Shown: positions 28,435 to 39,379 of the stretch, one piece after another | Layout: each line of letters opens with the position of its first letter | How positions within the stretch are numbered: position 1 is the stretch's first letter | Assembly: GCA_963790305.1 (NCBI GenBank) | Contig: CAWBOC010000005.1 | Location: 800,001-864,000 of the forward strand | Direction of reading: 5' to 3' | DNA: 64,000 nt | DNA from: an uncultured Gemmatimonadaceae bacterium | GTDB taxonomy: Bacteria; Gemmatimonadota; Gemmatimonadetes; Gemmatimonadales; Gemmatimonadaceae | Position numbers and translations under genes: made by a program | The notes under the pieces: generated by a model | Databases searched by the model: none | What the model was told of the DNA's origin: nothing | Seen by the model: only the letters and a program-made list of their open reading frames with translations

Positions 28435-29580
28435 TTGAACCGCCTCACCGCGATGTCCACGCGCGTTGTGCTCGCCGCCATGATCACGTTCACGGCGACG
28501 ACCGCCGCGGCACAGGCGCTTCAGGTCACGCGCATCGATCTCCCGATCGGCCGCTCATATCCGATCTCGACCACGGTGCCCATCTCTCGTGTGTCGATCG
28601 CCGCGCCGGGAGTAGCCGACGTGATCGTCATTGGGGAGCGGGAGGTCGTGATCAATGCGCTCACCGCTGGTGAGACCGACGCGATCATTTGGCAGGCAAA
28701 TGGCACCCGCCAGCACTATCGCGTCTCGGTGCACTCGCCCGCCGACCGCATGCAGATCGCCCTTCACATCAAGTTCGCGGAAGTGCGGCGCGATGCCTTA
28801 CGCGAGCTGAGCGTGTCCGGCGCGATATACGACAAGAACGTCAACGCGAGCTCCGGGCTCATCGACCCACGGAGCATCTTTCCCGCCGACAGTCTGATCA
28901 TCACCGCCACGCGCCGCTTCCTCTCGATCTTCACGGACTTCGGCACGGACAGGCTCGTCAGCTGGATCGAGGCGCAGGAGCAGGCCGGCCGGGCGAAGGT
29001 GCTCGCCGAGCCGACGATCCTCGCCGCGAACAAGGAGGAGGCGAACTTCCTCGCCGGCGGTGAGCTCCCTGTGCCGGTGGTCCAGGCGGGCGCCGGCGAC
29101 GCATCCGGGTCGCGCGTCACCATCGAGTACCGTGAGTTCGGCGTCCGGCTGAACTTCATGGGCGAGATCATCAGTGATTCGCTCGTGAAGCTGCGCGTTC
29201 GTCCCGAGGTCTCGAGCCTCGATTTCGTGAACGCCGTGCTCGTCTCCGGATTCCGGGTACCCGCCTTCCGCACGCGCCGCATCGAGAGCACGGTCGACGT
29301 CCGACGCGACCGCAGTCTCATCATCTCCGGAATGTTCAACACCGAGGAAGAGCGCGTGAAGACGGGGATTCCCCTGCTCATGCACATCCCGATTCTCGGA
29401 CAGCTCTTCTCGAGCACCCGGTTTCAGAAGAACGAGTCGGAGCTCGTCGTCATTGTCACGCCGGTGATCATCGACCCGATGCGGCCGCCGCCGGAGCACA
29501 CGATTCAGCTGGTTCCCGACACGACGCTTCCGGCCCGTGAGGCGCTGGAGAAGCGGTTGCCGCCGGGTGCACGGCCCTAG
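28435..29580 (+). CDS. cpaC: Secretin CpaC/RcpA
   Basis: LAEPTI, FLAGGELPVP, EYREFGV, PEVSSLD, IPILGQLFSS, ELVVIVTP. Confidence 0.92.
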   Translation: MNRLTAMSTRVVLAAMITFTATTAAAQALQVTRIDLPIGRSYPISTTVPISRVSIAAPGVADVIVIGEREVVINALTAGETDAIIWQANGTRQHYRVSVHSPADRMQIALHIKFAEVRRDALRELSVSGAIYDKNVNASSGLIDPRSIFPADSLIITATRRFLSIFTDFGTDRLVSWIEAQEQAGRAKVLAEPTILAANKEEANFLAGGELPVPVVQAGAGDASGSRVTIEYREFGVRLNFMGEIISDSLVKLRVRPEVSSLDFVNAVLVSGFRVPAFRTRRIESTVDVRRDRSLIISGMFNTEEERVKTGIPLLMHIPILGQLFSSTRFQKNESELVVIVTPVIIDPMRPPPEHTIQLVPDTTLPAREALEKRLPPGARP

Positions 29581-29587
29581 CGTGTCG

Positions 29588-30778
29588 ATGCTACGCAAGG
29601 CGCTCATCGTCGCCGGCGCGGCCGGCCCGACGGATGCGGCGAAAGCCGTATTGGCGCGCTTCGGCTTCGCTGAGCCGAGCGCGTCGATTGACGTCAGCAC
29701 GGCGTTGTCGGAGCTGCAGAATCAGACCTACGATCTGCTGTTGCTTCCGCTCCAGGAGCTCGACTCCCTCCAGCTGGCGGCGGTCGAGCGCGCGCTTCGC
29801 GCAGGACGCGTGTCGTTTACGATTGGCACCGCACCGCGCGCCGAGCCGGACCTGATCCTTCGCGCGATGCGCTCGGGGATCCAGGAGTTCCTCGTCTACC
29901 CGCCCGATCCGAAGGATCTGGCGACGGCGATCGACCGGCTCATGCGCCGCGCGAACGCGAATGGCCAGCGCGGAGCCGTCTACGCCCTGTACAGCGGCAA
30001 GGGTGGAGTCGGCACGACCTCGATCGCCGCGAATCTCGCCCACGCCCTGGCAAAGGGACAGAAGGACTCGCGCGTCGCGATCGCCGATCTCGTCGTCACC
30101 GACGGCGACATCCGGGTCTTCCTGAACCTCAAGCCGGCGTACGACCTCGGCGATCTGGTGAAGAAGCTCGATCGCGTGGATGCCGAGCTCCTCTACTCGC
30201 TCATGACGCCGTACCGCGAGGGCATCTGGGCGCTGCCGGGTCCGGACAATCCCGAGCTCGACGATCTGCTCGATGGCGCGACGATCAGTACCATCGTCGA
30301 GCAGCTGCGCAGCCACTTCGCGTTCACGGTGCTCGACTGCGAGCATCACATGAGCGAGCGCACATTGGCGGCGATGGACATCGCCGACCGCATTCTGCTC
30401 GTCACGCAGCTGAACGTCCCAGCGCTGCGGAGCACGCAGCGGAGCCTCGCGATCTGCCGCCGGCTCGGGTACCCCAACGACAAGATGTGCGTCGTCGTGA
30501 ACCGCTATCAGTCCGGCGAAGTGTTGTCGCTCACCGACGCGACCGACGTTCTGAAGTGCGACGTGTTCTGGAAGCTTCCGAACGACTATCGCACCTCGGC
30601 GGGCGCGCTCATGAAGGGAATTCCCGTGGCGGAATTCGACTCCAGCTCCAAGCTGGCGTGGAGCTATGGACAGCTCGCGGCCAAGCTCGCGGGCGTGGGA
30701 GAGGTTGCTCGAAATGGTGCTCATCGTGGCGGCGTTCGGTCGCTGCGCGCCCTCCTCGGCATGAAAAAGAGAGCCTAA
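29588..30778 (+). CDS. cpaE: CpaE/TadZ receiver plus MinD-like ATPase
   Basis: AMRSGIQEFL; SGKGGVGTTSIAANLA. Confidence 0.9.
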   Translation: MLRKALIVAGAAGPTDAAKAVLARFGFAEPSASIDVSTALSELQNQTYDLLLLPLQELDSLQLAAVERALRAGRVSFTIGTAPRAEPDLILRAMRSGIQEFLVYPPDPKDLATAIDRLMRRANANGQRGAVYALYSGKGGVGTTSIAANLAHALAKGQKDSRVAIADLVVTDGDIRVFLNLKPAYDLGDLVKKLDRVDAELLYSLMTPYREGIWALPGPDNPELDDLLDGATISTIVEQLRSHFAFTVLDCEHHMSERTLAAMDIADRILLVTQLNVPALRSTQRSLAICRRLGYPNDKMCVVVNRYQSGEVLSLTDATDVLKCDVFWKLPNDYRTSAGALMKGIPVAEFDSSSKLAWSYGQLAAKLAGVGEVARNGAHRGGVRSLRALLGMKKRA

Positions 30779-30781
30779 CGA

Positions 30782-32230
30782 ATGTCGCTGCGCGAACGTC
30801 TCATGGGCGTCAAGTCGAACGGCGGTAACCGGACAGCGGCCCCGCCGCCGCCGACCCGTCCTGCGGCCGCCGAACCCGTGACCTACGGCGAGTACGCCCC
30901 CCCACCGCGGCCCAAGGAGCGTGCGTCCGGGATGTACACCGGCGGGCGCGGCCGCGAGCAGCCCACGCTGAGCGCCGTCGAGCAGCTCAAGGTCGACCTG
31001 CATCGCCGCCTGATCGAGCGCCTCGACCTCGAGGCGCTGGAGCAGGTGAAGGATGAAGCGGAGCTGTCGCGGCAGATCCGCGCCGCCGTCGTCGAGTTCC
31101 TGCGCGCCGAGCAGACGCCGCTGAGCCAGAACGAGCGCGAGGAAGTCGTCGAGCAGATCGTGTACGAGATCATCGGACTCGGCCCCATCGAGCCGCTGTT
31201 CCGCGACCCGACGATCAGCGACATCCTCGTCAACGGCGCGCACGAGATCTACATCGAGCGCTACGGCAAGCTCGTGCGCGTGCCGGCGTCGTTCCGTAAC
31301 GATGCGCATCTGCTGTCCGTCATCGATCGCATCGTGAGCAAGGTCGGCCGTCGTGTCGACGAGTCGTCACCGATGGTGGACGCCCGCTTGCCCGATGGAT
31401 CACGCGTCAACGCGATCATCCCGCCGCTGGCGCTCGACGGGCCGGTGCTCTCGATCCGGCGCTTCGAGGCTGATCTCGCCGTTCAGCAGCTGATTCAGAA
31501 TGGCACGCTCACCGAGAGCATGATTCGTCTGCTCGCGGGCTGCGTGCATGCACGGCTCAACATCGTGATCTCGGGCGGTACGGGCTCCGGCAAGACGACG
31601 CTGCTCAACGCGCTCAGCTCCTTCGTGCCTGCCGACGAGCGCATCATCACGATCGAGGATGCCGCCGAATTGCGGCTCAATCAGGAGCACGTCGTGCGCC
31701 TGGAGACGCGGCCGCCGAACGCGGAAGGCCGCGGTGAAGTGATCTCACGTGACCTGGTGAAGAACGCGCTTCGTATGCGTCCCGACCGTATCATCGTTGG
31801 TGAGGTGCGGTCCGCCGAAGCGCTGGACATGCTGCAGGCGATGAACACCGGCCACGAGGGCTCGCTGACGACGATTCACGCCAACACACCGCGTGACGCG
31901 TTGGCCCGTCTCGAGACGATGATTCTCATGGCGGGAACAGCGCTGCCCACGCGCGCGATGCGCGAGCAGATCTCGTCGGCCGTCGATGTGATGATCCAGA
32001 TCGCGCGTCTCGCCGACGGCTCGCGCCGGGTCATGAGCATCACCGAAGTGACCGGGATGGAAGGCGATGTCGTCACGACGCAGGAGGTGTATCGCTTCCG
32101 GCGCCGCGGCATCACGGCCGAAGGGCAGGTAGTTGGCCAATTCGAGGCGACCGGCGTCCGTCCGCTGTTCGTCGAGCGCCTTCAGGTGGCCGGCGTCGAA
32201 CTGCCGCCACAAATGTTCGACGGGATCTAG
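30782..32230 (+). CDS. cpaF: Tad secretion ATPase CpaF/TadA
   Basis: [39 protein letters not shown]. Confidence 0.96.
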   Translation: MSLRERLMGVKSNGGNRTAAPPPPTRPAAAEPVTYGEYAPPPRPKERASGMYTGGRGREQPTLSAVEQLKVDLHRRLIERLDLEALEQVKDEAELSRQIRAAVVEFLRAEQTPLSQNEREEVVEQIVYEIIGLGPIEPLFRDPTISDILVNGAHEIYIERYGKLVRVPASFRNDAHLLSVIDRIVSKVGRRVDESSPMVDARLPDGSRVNAIIPPLALDGPVLSIRRFEADLAVQQLIQNGTLTESMIRLLAGCVHARLNIVISGGTGSGKTTLLNALSSFVPADERIITIEDAAELRLNQEHVVRLETRPPNAEGRGEVISRDLVKNALRMRPDRIIVGEVRSAEALDMLQAMNTGHEGSLTTIHANTPRDALARLETMILMAGTALPTRAMREQISSAVDVMIQIARLADGSRRVMSITEVTGMEGDVVTTQEVYRFRRRGITAEGQVVGQFEATGVRPLFVERLQVAGVELPPQMFDGI

Positions 32231-32233
32231 ACC

Positions 32234-33187
32234 ATGGATCTTCTCGTCCTTCTCGCCGTCTTCGCCGCGACGATCGCCCTGCTCGTCGGGGCCTACATGT
32301 TCATCAATCGCCGCCGTCTCGAGGCGGCGAATGATGCGCTCGCTCGTTTGGCGACGACCGACGAGGAGCGGCGCGCGATCAGCATTCTCAAGGGCGCCCA
32401 GGCCGGCGGTGCGGGACTGCTCGGCCGCATCCTCACCGGGCGCTCGTACACCGAATCGCTCGCCGACGAGCTCAGGCGCACGGGCTCGTCAATGTCACCG
32501 GCGGGCTTCATTCAGGTGTGCCTCCTCGCCGTGGTCGCGAGTGCCACACTCGGCCTGCTGTTCGGCAGCGTCATCTTCGCGGTGGTGTTCGGGGTGATCG
32601 GCGCGGTCGGCCCGTTCATCTGGATGAAGCGCCGGCAGCGCAAGCGACTCGAGGCGTTTCAGGCGCAGCTCCCCGATGCGATCGACATGCTGGTGAGTGC
32701 GATGAAGGCGGGCTACTCGTTTCAGGCGGCGATGAATTTCATCGGCGAAGAGATGCCGGCGCCGTTAGGTCCGGAGTTCGCCCGGTTCTTCGATGAGCAG
32801 CGGCTGGGCATCGATGTCCGCTCCGCGCTCCTGTCGCTGCAGACACGCGTCGACAGCATGGACCTCAAGATGTTCGTGACGGCGGTCCTCGTGCAGCGTG
32901 AATCGGGGGGAAATCTCGGCGAGGTGCTCGCGAACATCAGTGACATCATGCGGGAGCGATTCGCGCTCGAGGGTGAGCTCGAGACGCTCACCGCCGAGTC
33001 ACGACTCTCGGCCCGTATTCTCGCTGCTCTTCCCTTGCTGGTGTTCATCGGCATGTTCGCGCTCAATCCGGCGTTCATGCGTCCCATGCTCCAGCAAACT
33101 GCCGGACAGGTCATGCTCGTCCTGGCCGGCGTGTCGGTGGCCCTGGGATACCTGGTGATGGTGCGTATCGCCGACATCGACGTGTGA
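32234..33187 (+). CDS. tadB: TadB inner-membrane platform protein
   Basis: QLPDAIDML, QRESGGNLGEVL. Confidence 0.92.
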   Translation: MDLLVLLAVFAATIALLVGAYMFINRRRLEAANDALARLATTDEERRAISILKGAQAGGAGLLGRILTGRSYTESLADELRRTGSSMSPAGFIQVCLLAVVASATLGLLFGSVIFAVVFGVIGAVGPFIWMKRRQRKRLEAFQAQLPDAIDMLVSAMKAGYSFQAAMNFIGEEMPAPLGPEFARFFDEQRLGIDVRSALLSLQTRVDSMDLKMFVTAVLVQRESGGNLGEVLANISDIMRERFALEGELETLTAESRLSARILAALPLLVFIGMFALNPAFMRPMLQQTAGQVMLVLAGVSVALGYLVMVRIADIDV

Positions 33188-33197
33188 GGCTCTTCGA

Positions 33198-34109
33198 ATG
33201 ACGCTCGCGCTGCTGTTCCTCATCGCACTTGGCGTGACCTCTCTCGGGGTCGCGGCGTACACCTTTGTCGTTGATCGTCGACGGCAGGCGCTGGTCAATC
33301 GCGCCCTCGGTGTCACCGATGCCGAAGTCTCACGCCGCAGCGCGCTCCTTGGTGCGGCCAGGAAGAAAGAGCGGCGCGAGAGCGTCCTCAAGCAGATCCC
33401 GGTCGGTCTCGAAACGTCCAGGTTCGCGCAGAAGCTCATCTATGCCGGTCACGATGGACCGGTGGCGCCGGCAGCGTTCGCTGCGGCCCGCCTGGCCACG
33501 CTCGTTCTTCTGCCAACGGCCGTCGGGCTGACCCTCGTGCAGGCCCCTCTGCCGCTCTTGACCGTCATCGTTCTGGGCACGGCCCTCATCGCCTGGATTC
33601 TTCCCATCGCTGTGCTGGAGCGACTGGTCAGAGCCCGTCAGGATCGCATTCGCCATGGTCTGCCCGACGCCCTGGATCTGCTCGTGGTGTGCGTCGAGGC
33701 GGGCATCAGCCTGGACGCCGCCATCCTTCGGGTCGCGAGGGAGCTGTCATTCACGTATCCCGATCTGTCTCAAGAGCTGCTCGTCGTCAATCGAAAGACG
33801 AACGCGGGCGTTACGCGCGAGGAAGCGATTCGCGGACTGTGGAGCCGGACCGGAGTGGAAGATTTGCGCTCGCTGTCGACCAGCCTGATCCAAACCGAGA
33901 AGTGGGGCACCAGCATCACGAAGGTCTTGCGCGTTGCGGCGATGACGCTGCGACGGAAGCGGCGCCAGCACGCGGAGAAGCGTGTCGCGCTCGCGCCGGT
34001 GAAGATGACGTTCCCGCTGGTCACGATGATTCTGCCAGCGCTCTTCATCATCATTCTCGGACCGGCCGTCCTCGAAGTGATCTCGTCGCTCTCGGCAGCG
34101 GCGCGATAG
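33198..34109 (+). CDS. tadC: TadC inner-membrane platform protein
   Basis: LPDALDLLVVCVEAG, KMTFPLVTMILPALFIIILGP. Confidence 0.92.
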   Translation: MTLALLFLIALGVTSLGVAAYTFVVDRRRQALVNRALGVTDAEVSRRSALLGAARKKERRESVLKQIPVGLETSRFAQKLIYAGHDGPVAPAAFAAARLATLVLLPTAVGLTLVQAPLPLLTVIVLGTALIAWILPIAVLERLVRARQDRIRHGLPDALDLLVVCVEAGISLDAAILRVARELSFTYPDLSQELLVVNRKTNAGVTREEAIRGLWSRTGVEDLRSLSTSLIQTEKWGTSITKVLRVAAMTLRRKRRQHAEKRVALAPVKMTFPLVTMILPALFIIILGPAVLEVISSLSAAAR

Positions 34110-34117
34110 GCACGGCT

Positions 34118-35323
34118 ATGATGACAGCGCCCGGAAGGGGGAGACTACGGAATCGCCGTGGTGCGATCGTAGTGATGACGGGGATTTTCATCGTCGCGCT
34201 CATGATGATCGCGGCGATCTCGGTCGATGCCAGCCGCATCTTCGCCGCGAAAAACGAGCTGCAGACAGCCGCCGACGCGGCGGCACTCGCGGGAGCGCTC
34301 CAGCTGCTCGAGGGGAGCGAGACCTACGAGGATACGGCGCGCGCGTACGCGCAACGCAATCTGGTCGAGCAACACAACATCGATTCGGTCGAGGTGGAGT
34401 ACGGCGTCTGGCTCTCGGGAGAGCGTTCCTTCGTTGCAGGGGGGGAGCCCAAGGACGCCGTTCGAATCACGACCCGGCAGCCGTTGCCGCTATCGCTGGT
34501 GCGCGTTTTCGGCGACTCGACCGTCACGATCACCGCCACGGCCATCGCCTGGTCGTCGGGACCGGTGATGGAGCCGCCGTGCCTCAAGCCAATCGCCGTT
34601 CCGTACAGCCGGCTGCTGCAGATTCTCGGTCACCAGCCGTGGTCGGACATCTCCCTCACCGACGACGACATTCGTCAGCTCCGTGATCTGCCGGTCAGCG
34701 CCCGGAAGTGGCACTTCCACTTCGGCGATGAGCAGACGCAGCACAGTACCGCCGGCGGCCAGCAGTTCGGCGAGGACCACCTCAAGCGCGACCAGTATTT
34801 TCCGATCGACATTGATTCGACGTACGACCCAACCGATCCGGGGATGCATTCGCGTCCGTCCATCGATACTGCCACGTACCGTTCGTACCTCGCCGGCCCA
34901 CCCGACGGGCGATGCTCCGCACGAGTGCGTCCCGGCAATCTCGTTCGGTCCGAGCCGACGCCGAAGGTGAGGGCGGTACGCGACGGACTGGCCGAAATCT
35001 GCCGGTCTCTTGGCGGCGACCTGCTGGGCACGACCGTGCTCACCTGTCGCTCGGGCGGTGCACGGATCGAGATGCCACTGCGTGTCGCCTACTGGTCGGG
35101 ATACCTGCCCTCCCCCGACTACGTCCCCTGGTACGACGATGGGGCGGGCGCGATTCTCACCACCCGCGCCACGGGCTCGTTCGTCGTCGACAGCCTCGAT
35201 TGGAATCAGGGCAACGAAATATTCCACGCGCGCATGCATGGGTACTTCGATGTCCAGCCAACGTTCGGCGTCGTGGATGAGACCGCCGCCTCGACGCTGC
35301 TCCGTCCCGTGCTGGTGCGGTGA
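34118..35323 (+). CDS. tadG: TadG-like pseudopilin/adhesin
   Basis: RRG|AIVVMTG TM, then ELQTAADAAALAGA. Confidence 0.85.
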   Translation: MMTAPGRGRLRNRRGAIVVMTGIFIVALMMIAAISVDASRIFAAKNELQTAADAAALAGALQLLEGSETYEDTARAYAQRNLVEQHNIDSVEVEYGVWLSGERSFVAGGEPKDAVRITTRQPLPLSLVRVFGDSTVTITATAIAWSSGPVMEPPCLKPIAVPYSRLLQILGHQPWSDISLTDDDIRQLRDLPVSARKWHFHFGDEQTQHSTAGGQQFGEDHLKRDQYFPIDIDSTYDPTDPGMHSRPSIDTATYRSYLAGPPDGRCSARVRPGNLVRSEPTPKVRAVRDGLAEICRSLGGDLLGTTVLTCRSGGARIEMPLRVAYWSGYLPSPDYVPWYDDGAGAILTTRATGSFVVDSLDWNQGNEIFHARMHGYFDVQPTFGVVDETAASTLLRPVLVR

Positions 35324-37090
35324 GAGCGGACATGCGGCCACCGGCGCGCGACGCCGAAGTCCACCGGGAGGTGACGGACCGCGGGAACGTTCTCCGCGAT
35401 CCGCTGCCTACGGCACGCGCGATCCTCTGGAAACCGCTGCCTGATTCCTACCACCTGCTCGCGTCCATGATGCGGACGACTGAGCAGCAAGCGTTTCTGT
35501 TCGTCACGCAGCGCGCCTTCCTTCAGGTCGAGCGTCACCTGCGGTCGGCGCCCGACCTCGAGCTCGGGGGCTTCCTCGCCGGACAGCTGTTCGAGTGCCC
35601 GCGTACGCACGTGCGCTACTCGGTCATCAACACGGTCGTCCCCTTCGCCGACGTCAGTAGCAACGCGCTCCTGTCACGCGTGACGCAGGAGTCGTTCGAT
35701 ACCGTCCGCAAGCGGCTCGATACGCACCGGTTGTCGCTCATCGGCTGGTATCGCAACGGAACCGGGCTCGGCTTGCAGCTGCTGCCTGACGACGTCGAGA
35801 CGCATCTCACCTACTTCGATCAACCCTGGCAGACGACCATGCTCGTCATGCCGGATCCGATGAAGTGCAAGGGTGCCTTCTTTACCTACGACGCGCGCGT
35901 CGGCCGTAGCTACTGCATTCCCTTCTACGAGCTCTTCGATTCGCCGGGCGCCGACTCCAAGCGCCTGGACCGCACGTGCGTGAGCTGGACGACGTACGTG
36001 GCGGCAGAGCCGGTCGCGCCACTGCCGGTGGCGGAGAAGGAGGTCGTCGAGGCCACGGTCACTCCGCCGCGCAAGCCCGCTCCTGAGCCGGAGCCGAAGG
36101 AGCCGATCGACGAGTGGTGGGAGGCGATCAAGGATCCCTGGGTGAAGCTCAAGGGCGTCGCGACATCGGTGACTCGTCGTGAAGACGAGGCCTCGCCGGT
36201 TGCCGACTCCGTTCGCGAGAGGGCACCCGTTAGGCCGTTGAAGGTCGAGCCGCTCCGTGCCGCGCCGGCGCCCATGCGTGAGCCCCGTGTGCCTGACGAG
36301 CGGGCTCCGATGGTGCCCCCGATGGTGACCGCTGTTCCGCGGCCAACCCGGTCCCAGTCGGCAGCCGCGCAGCCGGCAATGCAGCCCGCGCCGGAGCAGC
36401 CCGCGCCGATGCAAGCCCGCGCCAATCAAGCCCGCGCCAATCAAGCCCGCGCTCGTTCAGCCACCATCTCCGCGGCCGACTCCCGTTCAGCGCGAACGTC
36501 CCCAGCCGGCGGCGCCACGCTCGGCGACGCCGCTGGGCGCATCGCGCAAACGGCCCTCGCCACCGCTGGCGATACCACTGCCCGCGTCTACCACGCCGGC
36601 GGTGGCGCTGCCCCCTGACTTTCATGAGGAAGCCAGACGCTGGCAGCGGCGCCGTCAGATAGGCCTCGCGGTGGCTGCCATGTCGTTCCTCAGTGTGATC
36701 GCACTGTCGACGCTGCGCTCGCCGACCAGGCGTGGAGCGCCGCCGGCACCTCCGGTCGCGGAGCAACCGGTCCCGTCCGCTGCATTGACCGTGGCGATGA
36801 ACGGAGACAGCGCACCGGTGGAGCTCCCGCTGGCGGCGGCGGTCGATTCACTGTCGGGGGCGCTGGCCTACTATCGCGATATCGCGAAGGACCATCGCGA
36901 AGGGCTGGTGGGCTGCCGCGTGCTCGACCGCGCATATGCGCTGGTCGGTCGAGCCCGCACGCGCGTGGACTCGGCGCGTCAGCAGGTCGCTGGCACCCTC
37001 GCCGATGCGGACTCGATTCGCGTTTCCATGCTTGGCGCCGAGTACACCTTCGTCACCCAGACGTACCGTCGGTCCGGCTGCCGCGCCTGA
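35320..37090 (+). CDS. Inactive JAB/MPN-domain protein with Pro/Ala linker, TM and extracytoplasmic helical domain (frameshift near 36413)
   Basis: ELGGFLAG...IGWYRNG...DVETHLTYFDQPWQ; removing one base joins it in frame to ORF 36602-37090; GTGA overlap with tadG. Confidence 0.72.
36370..36460 (+). repeat. 15-bp coding tandem repeat ((Q/K)PAPx)
   Basis: cagcccgcgccggag cagcccgcgccgatg c aagcccgcgccaatc aagcccgcgccaatc aagcccgcgctcgtt. Confidence 0.8.
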
Positions 37091-37111
37091 GCCCCACCTA
37101 ACGAAGGTCGA

Positions 37112-38395
37112 TTACGTCGTGCCGAGCCATCGCGCGAGCTCGCGGATCGTCGGTCGCTTCCCGTACATCAGCATTCCGGTCCGATAGATCCGCGCCGCGA
37201 TCCAGACGGCAATGTAGCTGCCCGCCGCCACCGAGATCAGCGCGACTGCCACCTCCCATCCCGCGACCGGGATCACCGCCATGCGCAGCGGCATCACGAT
37301 GGGCGCGGAGAAGGGAAGCCAGGACAGCGTCTGCGCGAGCCCGCTGGTGGGGTTGGACAGAATCGGCTGAAAGAACACGAAGCTCGATACGAGCAGCAGG
37401 ATGATCGGCATGAGCGCCTGCTGCGCCTCCTGCTCGGTGCTCACCATGGCACCGACCGCCGCGAACAGCGCCGAGTAGAACACGTAGCCCGCGACGAAGA
37501 AGAGCAACAGCATGAGCCCCATGCCGACCGTGACATCGGGAGGCGTGAACGACATCTCCGATGCCCCGAATCTCGCGAGAATTGGCCCACGATAGCGAAG
37601 CAGCAGGATTGCCGACGAGATCCAGACCGCCAGCTGCGTGAGACCAACCGCGCCAACGCCGACGACCTTTCCGGCCAGAAGCTTCCACGGCTCCACGCTC
37701 GAGACCACGACCTCGGCGACGCGCGTCTGCTTTTCCTCCATCACGCCGCGCAGCACCGCCTGGCCATAGAGCATGAGCGCCATGTACAGCATCACCACGA
37801 TGATCAGCGCAAAGAAGACGCTGACCCTCGCGGAGCCGCCGCGCCCGCGATCGGTAATGCGCTCGAGCTCGAACTCGAGCTGCGTGCGTACGAGAGAAGC
37901 GGAGCGGTCCGGCTCGACCCCCGCCATCTCGAGTCGCGTCTGCATCACGCTTTCGCGCACGACGCGGCGAATCATCTCCATGTCCGCCTCCGCCGACGCA
38001 TTACGCCCCGCGTAGCGGACGCGGCGTCCCTCGAGTGCCGCGGAATCGAGTACCAGGTATCCCGTGAGCGCCCCGCGCACGATCTCTCGCGTCGCGACGC
38101 TCTCGGCGGGCGCGAGCTGACCCGCCGTCACCTCCTGCACCCGGGTGCGCGCCGTGTCGCCGATCATCCCTACGCTCAGGCCGTCGGCGATTCGGTGGCC
38201 GAGCTGATGCCCGGTGGCATCGAGCACGACAATGCGCGACACCTCCTCGGACGCCTTCGTGCGCCGGGCGACGATGGCCGGGAGGATCATGAGCAAGGCG
38301 AAGAACACCGGGCCGAACACGGTGCTGAACAGGAACCACCGCGTACGAACCCGCTCGAGATACTCACGCGCGGTGATGACCCAGAGCTTATCCAT
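37112..38395 (-). CDS. ABC-2 exporter permease (NatB/YhaP-like)
   Basis: REYLERVRTRWF, VMEEKQTRVAEV, LLAGKVVG, RIYRTGMLMYGK. Confidence 0.9.
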   Translation of the reverse strand: MDKLWVITAREYLERVRTRWFLFSTVFGPVFFALLMILPAIVARRTKASEEVSRIVVLDATGHQLGHRIADGLSVGMIGDTARTRVQEVTAGQLAPAESVATREIVRGALTGYLVLDSAALEGRRVRYAGRNASAEADMEMIRRVVRESVMQTRLEMAGVEPDRSASLVRTQLEFELERITDRGRGGSARVSVFFALIIVVMLYMALMLYGQAVLRGVMEEKQTRVAEVVVSSVEPWKLLAGKVVGVGAVGLTQLAVWISSAILLLRYRGPILARFGASEMSFTPPDVTVGMGLMLLLFFVAGYVFYSALFAAVGAMVSTEQEAQQALMPIILLLVSSFVFFQPILSNPTSGLAQTLSWLPFSAPIVMPLRMAVIPVAGWEVAVALISVAAGSYIAVWIAARIYRTGMLMYGKRPTIRELARWLGTT

Positions 38396-39353
38396 GGCCG
38401 CTCATCCCCTCCTCGACGCCGGTCGCGCCGACACGGTCGAGGAAGATGCGGTGCAGCGAGGGCCGCACGAGCTCGAACCGCTCGATCGAAGCGCCAGCCC
38501 CGATGAGCCGCGCGAGGAGGTCCTGCGCAGAGGCGGTCGGGGCGAGCTCGATCTCCAGCATGCGATTGGAATCGTCGCAGCGCGCCACGAGCGTTCGATC
38601 GCGAAGAATTTCCGGGACGCTGTCTGGTGTGCCATTCGAGAGCACGACCGCAACGTGGCGGTCGCCCTGACGCGCCTTCACCTCCGCGACCGCGCCATCG
38701 AGCACCTTCTCGCCGCGCGCGATGATGCACACGGAGTCGCAGAGCCGCTCGGCGTTGTCCATGAGATGGGTGCTGAAGATCACCGACTTCCCGCGCTGGC
38801 GCAGCTCGACGACAATGTCTTTCAATGCCTGTGCATTGATCGGATCGAGGCCGCTGAACGGCTCGTCGAGAATGACGAGGTCGGGGTCGTGGATCAGCGT
38901 CGAAATGAATTGGACCTTCTGCTGCATGCCGCGAGACAGGTCATCGACCTTGGCCGCACCCCAGTCCTTTTCGCTAGTCCTGAGTCCCAGACGGTCGAGC
39001 CAGTGGTCTATCCGGCGATCGGCATCGGCGCCCGACATGCCCTTGAGCTGGGCGAGGAACCGTAGAACGCGCCGCACCTGCATCTTCCGGTATAAGCCGC
39101 GTTCCTCCGGGAGGTAGCCGATCCGATCGGTGATCCCGGCCTTGGAGTTCGGCTCGCCAAAGATCCGAATGGTCCCTTCGTCCGGTGCGATGATGTTGAG
39201 CATCATCCGGATGGTGGTCGTCTTCCCAGCGCCGTTCGGGCCCAGAAGCCCATAGACGGACCCACGTGGAACGGTGAGGGACAGGTCACGGACGGCGACG
39301 TGGCCAGTGTAGCGCTTCCAGGCGTGCTGTATCTCGACGGCGGCATTCGACAT
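38388..39353 (-). CDS. ABC ATP-binding protein (YhaQ-like)
   Basis: GPNGAGKTT, LSRGMQQK, ILDEPFSGLD, PSLHRIF. Confidence 0.92.
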   Translation of the reverse strand: MSNAAVEIQHAWKRYTGHVAVRDLSLTVPRGSVYGLLGPNGAGKTTTIRMMLNIIAPDEGTIRIFGEPNSKAGITDRIGYLPEERGLYRKMQVRRVLRFLAQLKGMSGADADRRIDHWLDRLGLRTSEKDWGAAKVDDLSRGMQQKVQFISTLIHDPDLVILDEPFSGLDPINAQALKDIVVELRQRGKSVIFSTHLMDNAERLCDSVCIIARGEKVLDGAVAEVKARQGDRHVAVVLSNGTPDSVPEILRDRTLVARCDDSNRMLEIELAPTASAQDLLARLIGAGASIERFELVRPSLHRIFLDRVGATGVEEGMSGHG

Positions 39354-39379
39354 GGGGGGAATATACGCCACGGCTCCCA

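Noticed and set aside
929..36414. Pseudogenes or programmed frameshifting in the GNAT, PAP2, cphA (twice), cphA paralog, DGC, APC permease, esterase and JAB-like genes
   Set aside because: Each is repaired by a single base, mostly in 2-3-nt runs, with motifs intact and no slippery heptamers. Long-read indel error is the simplest explanation; read polishing would confirm.
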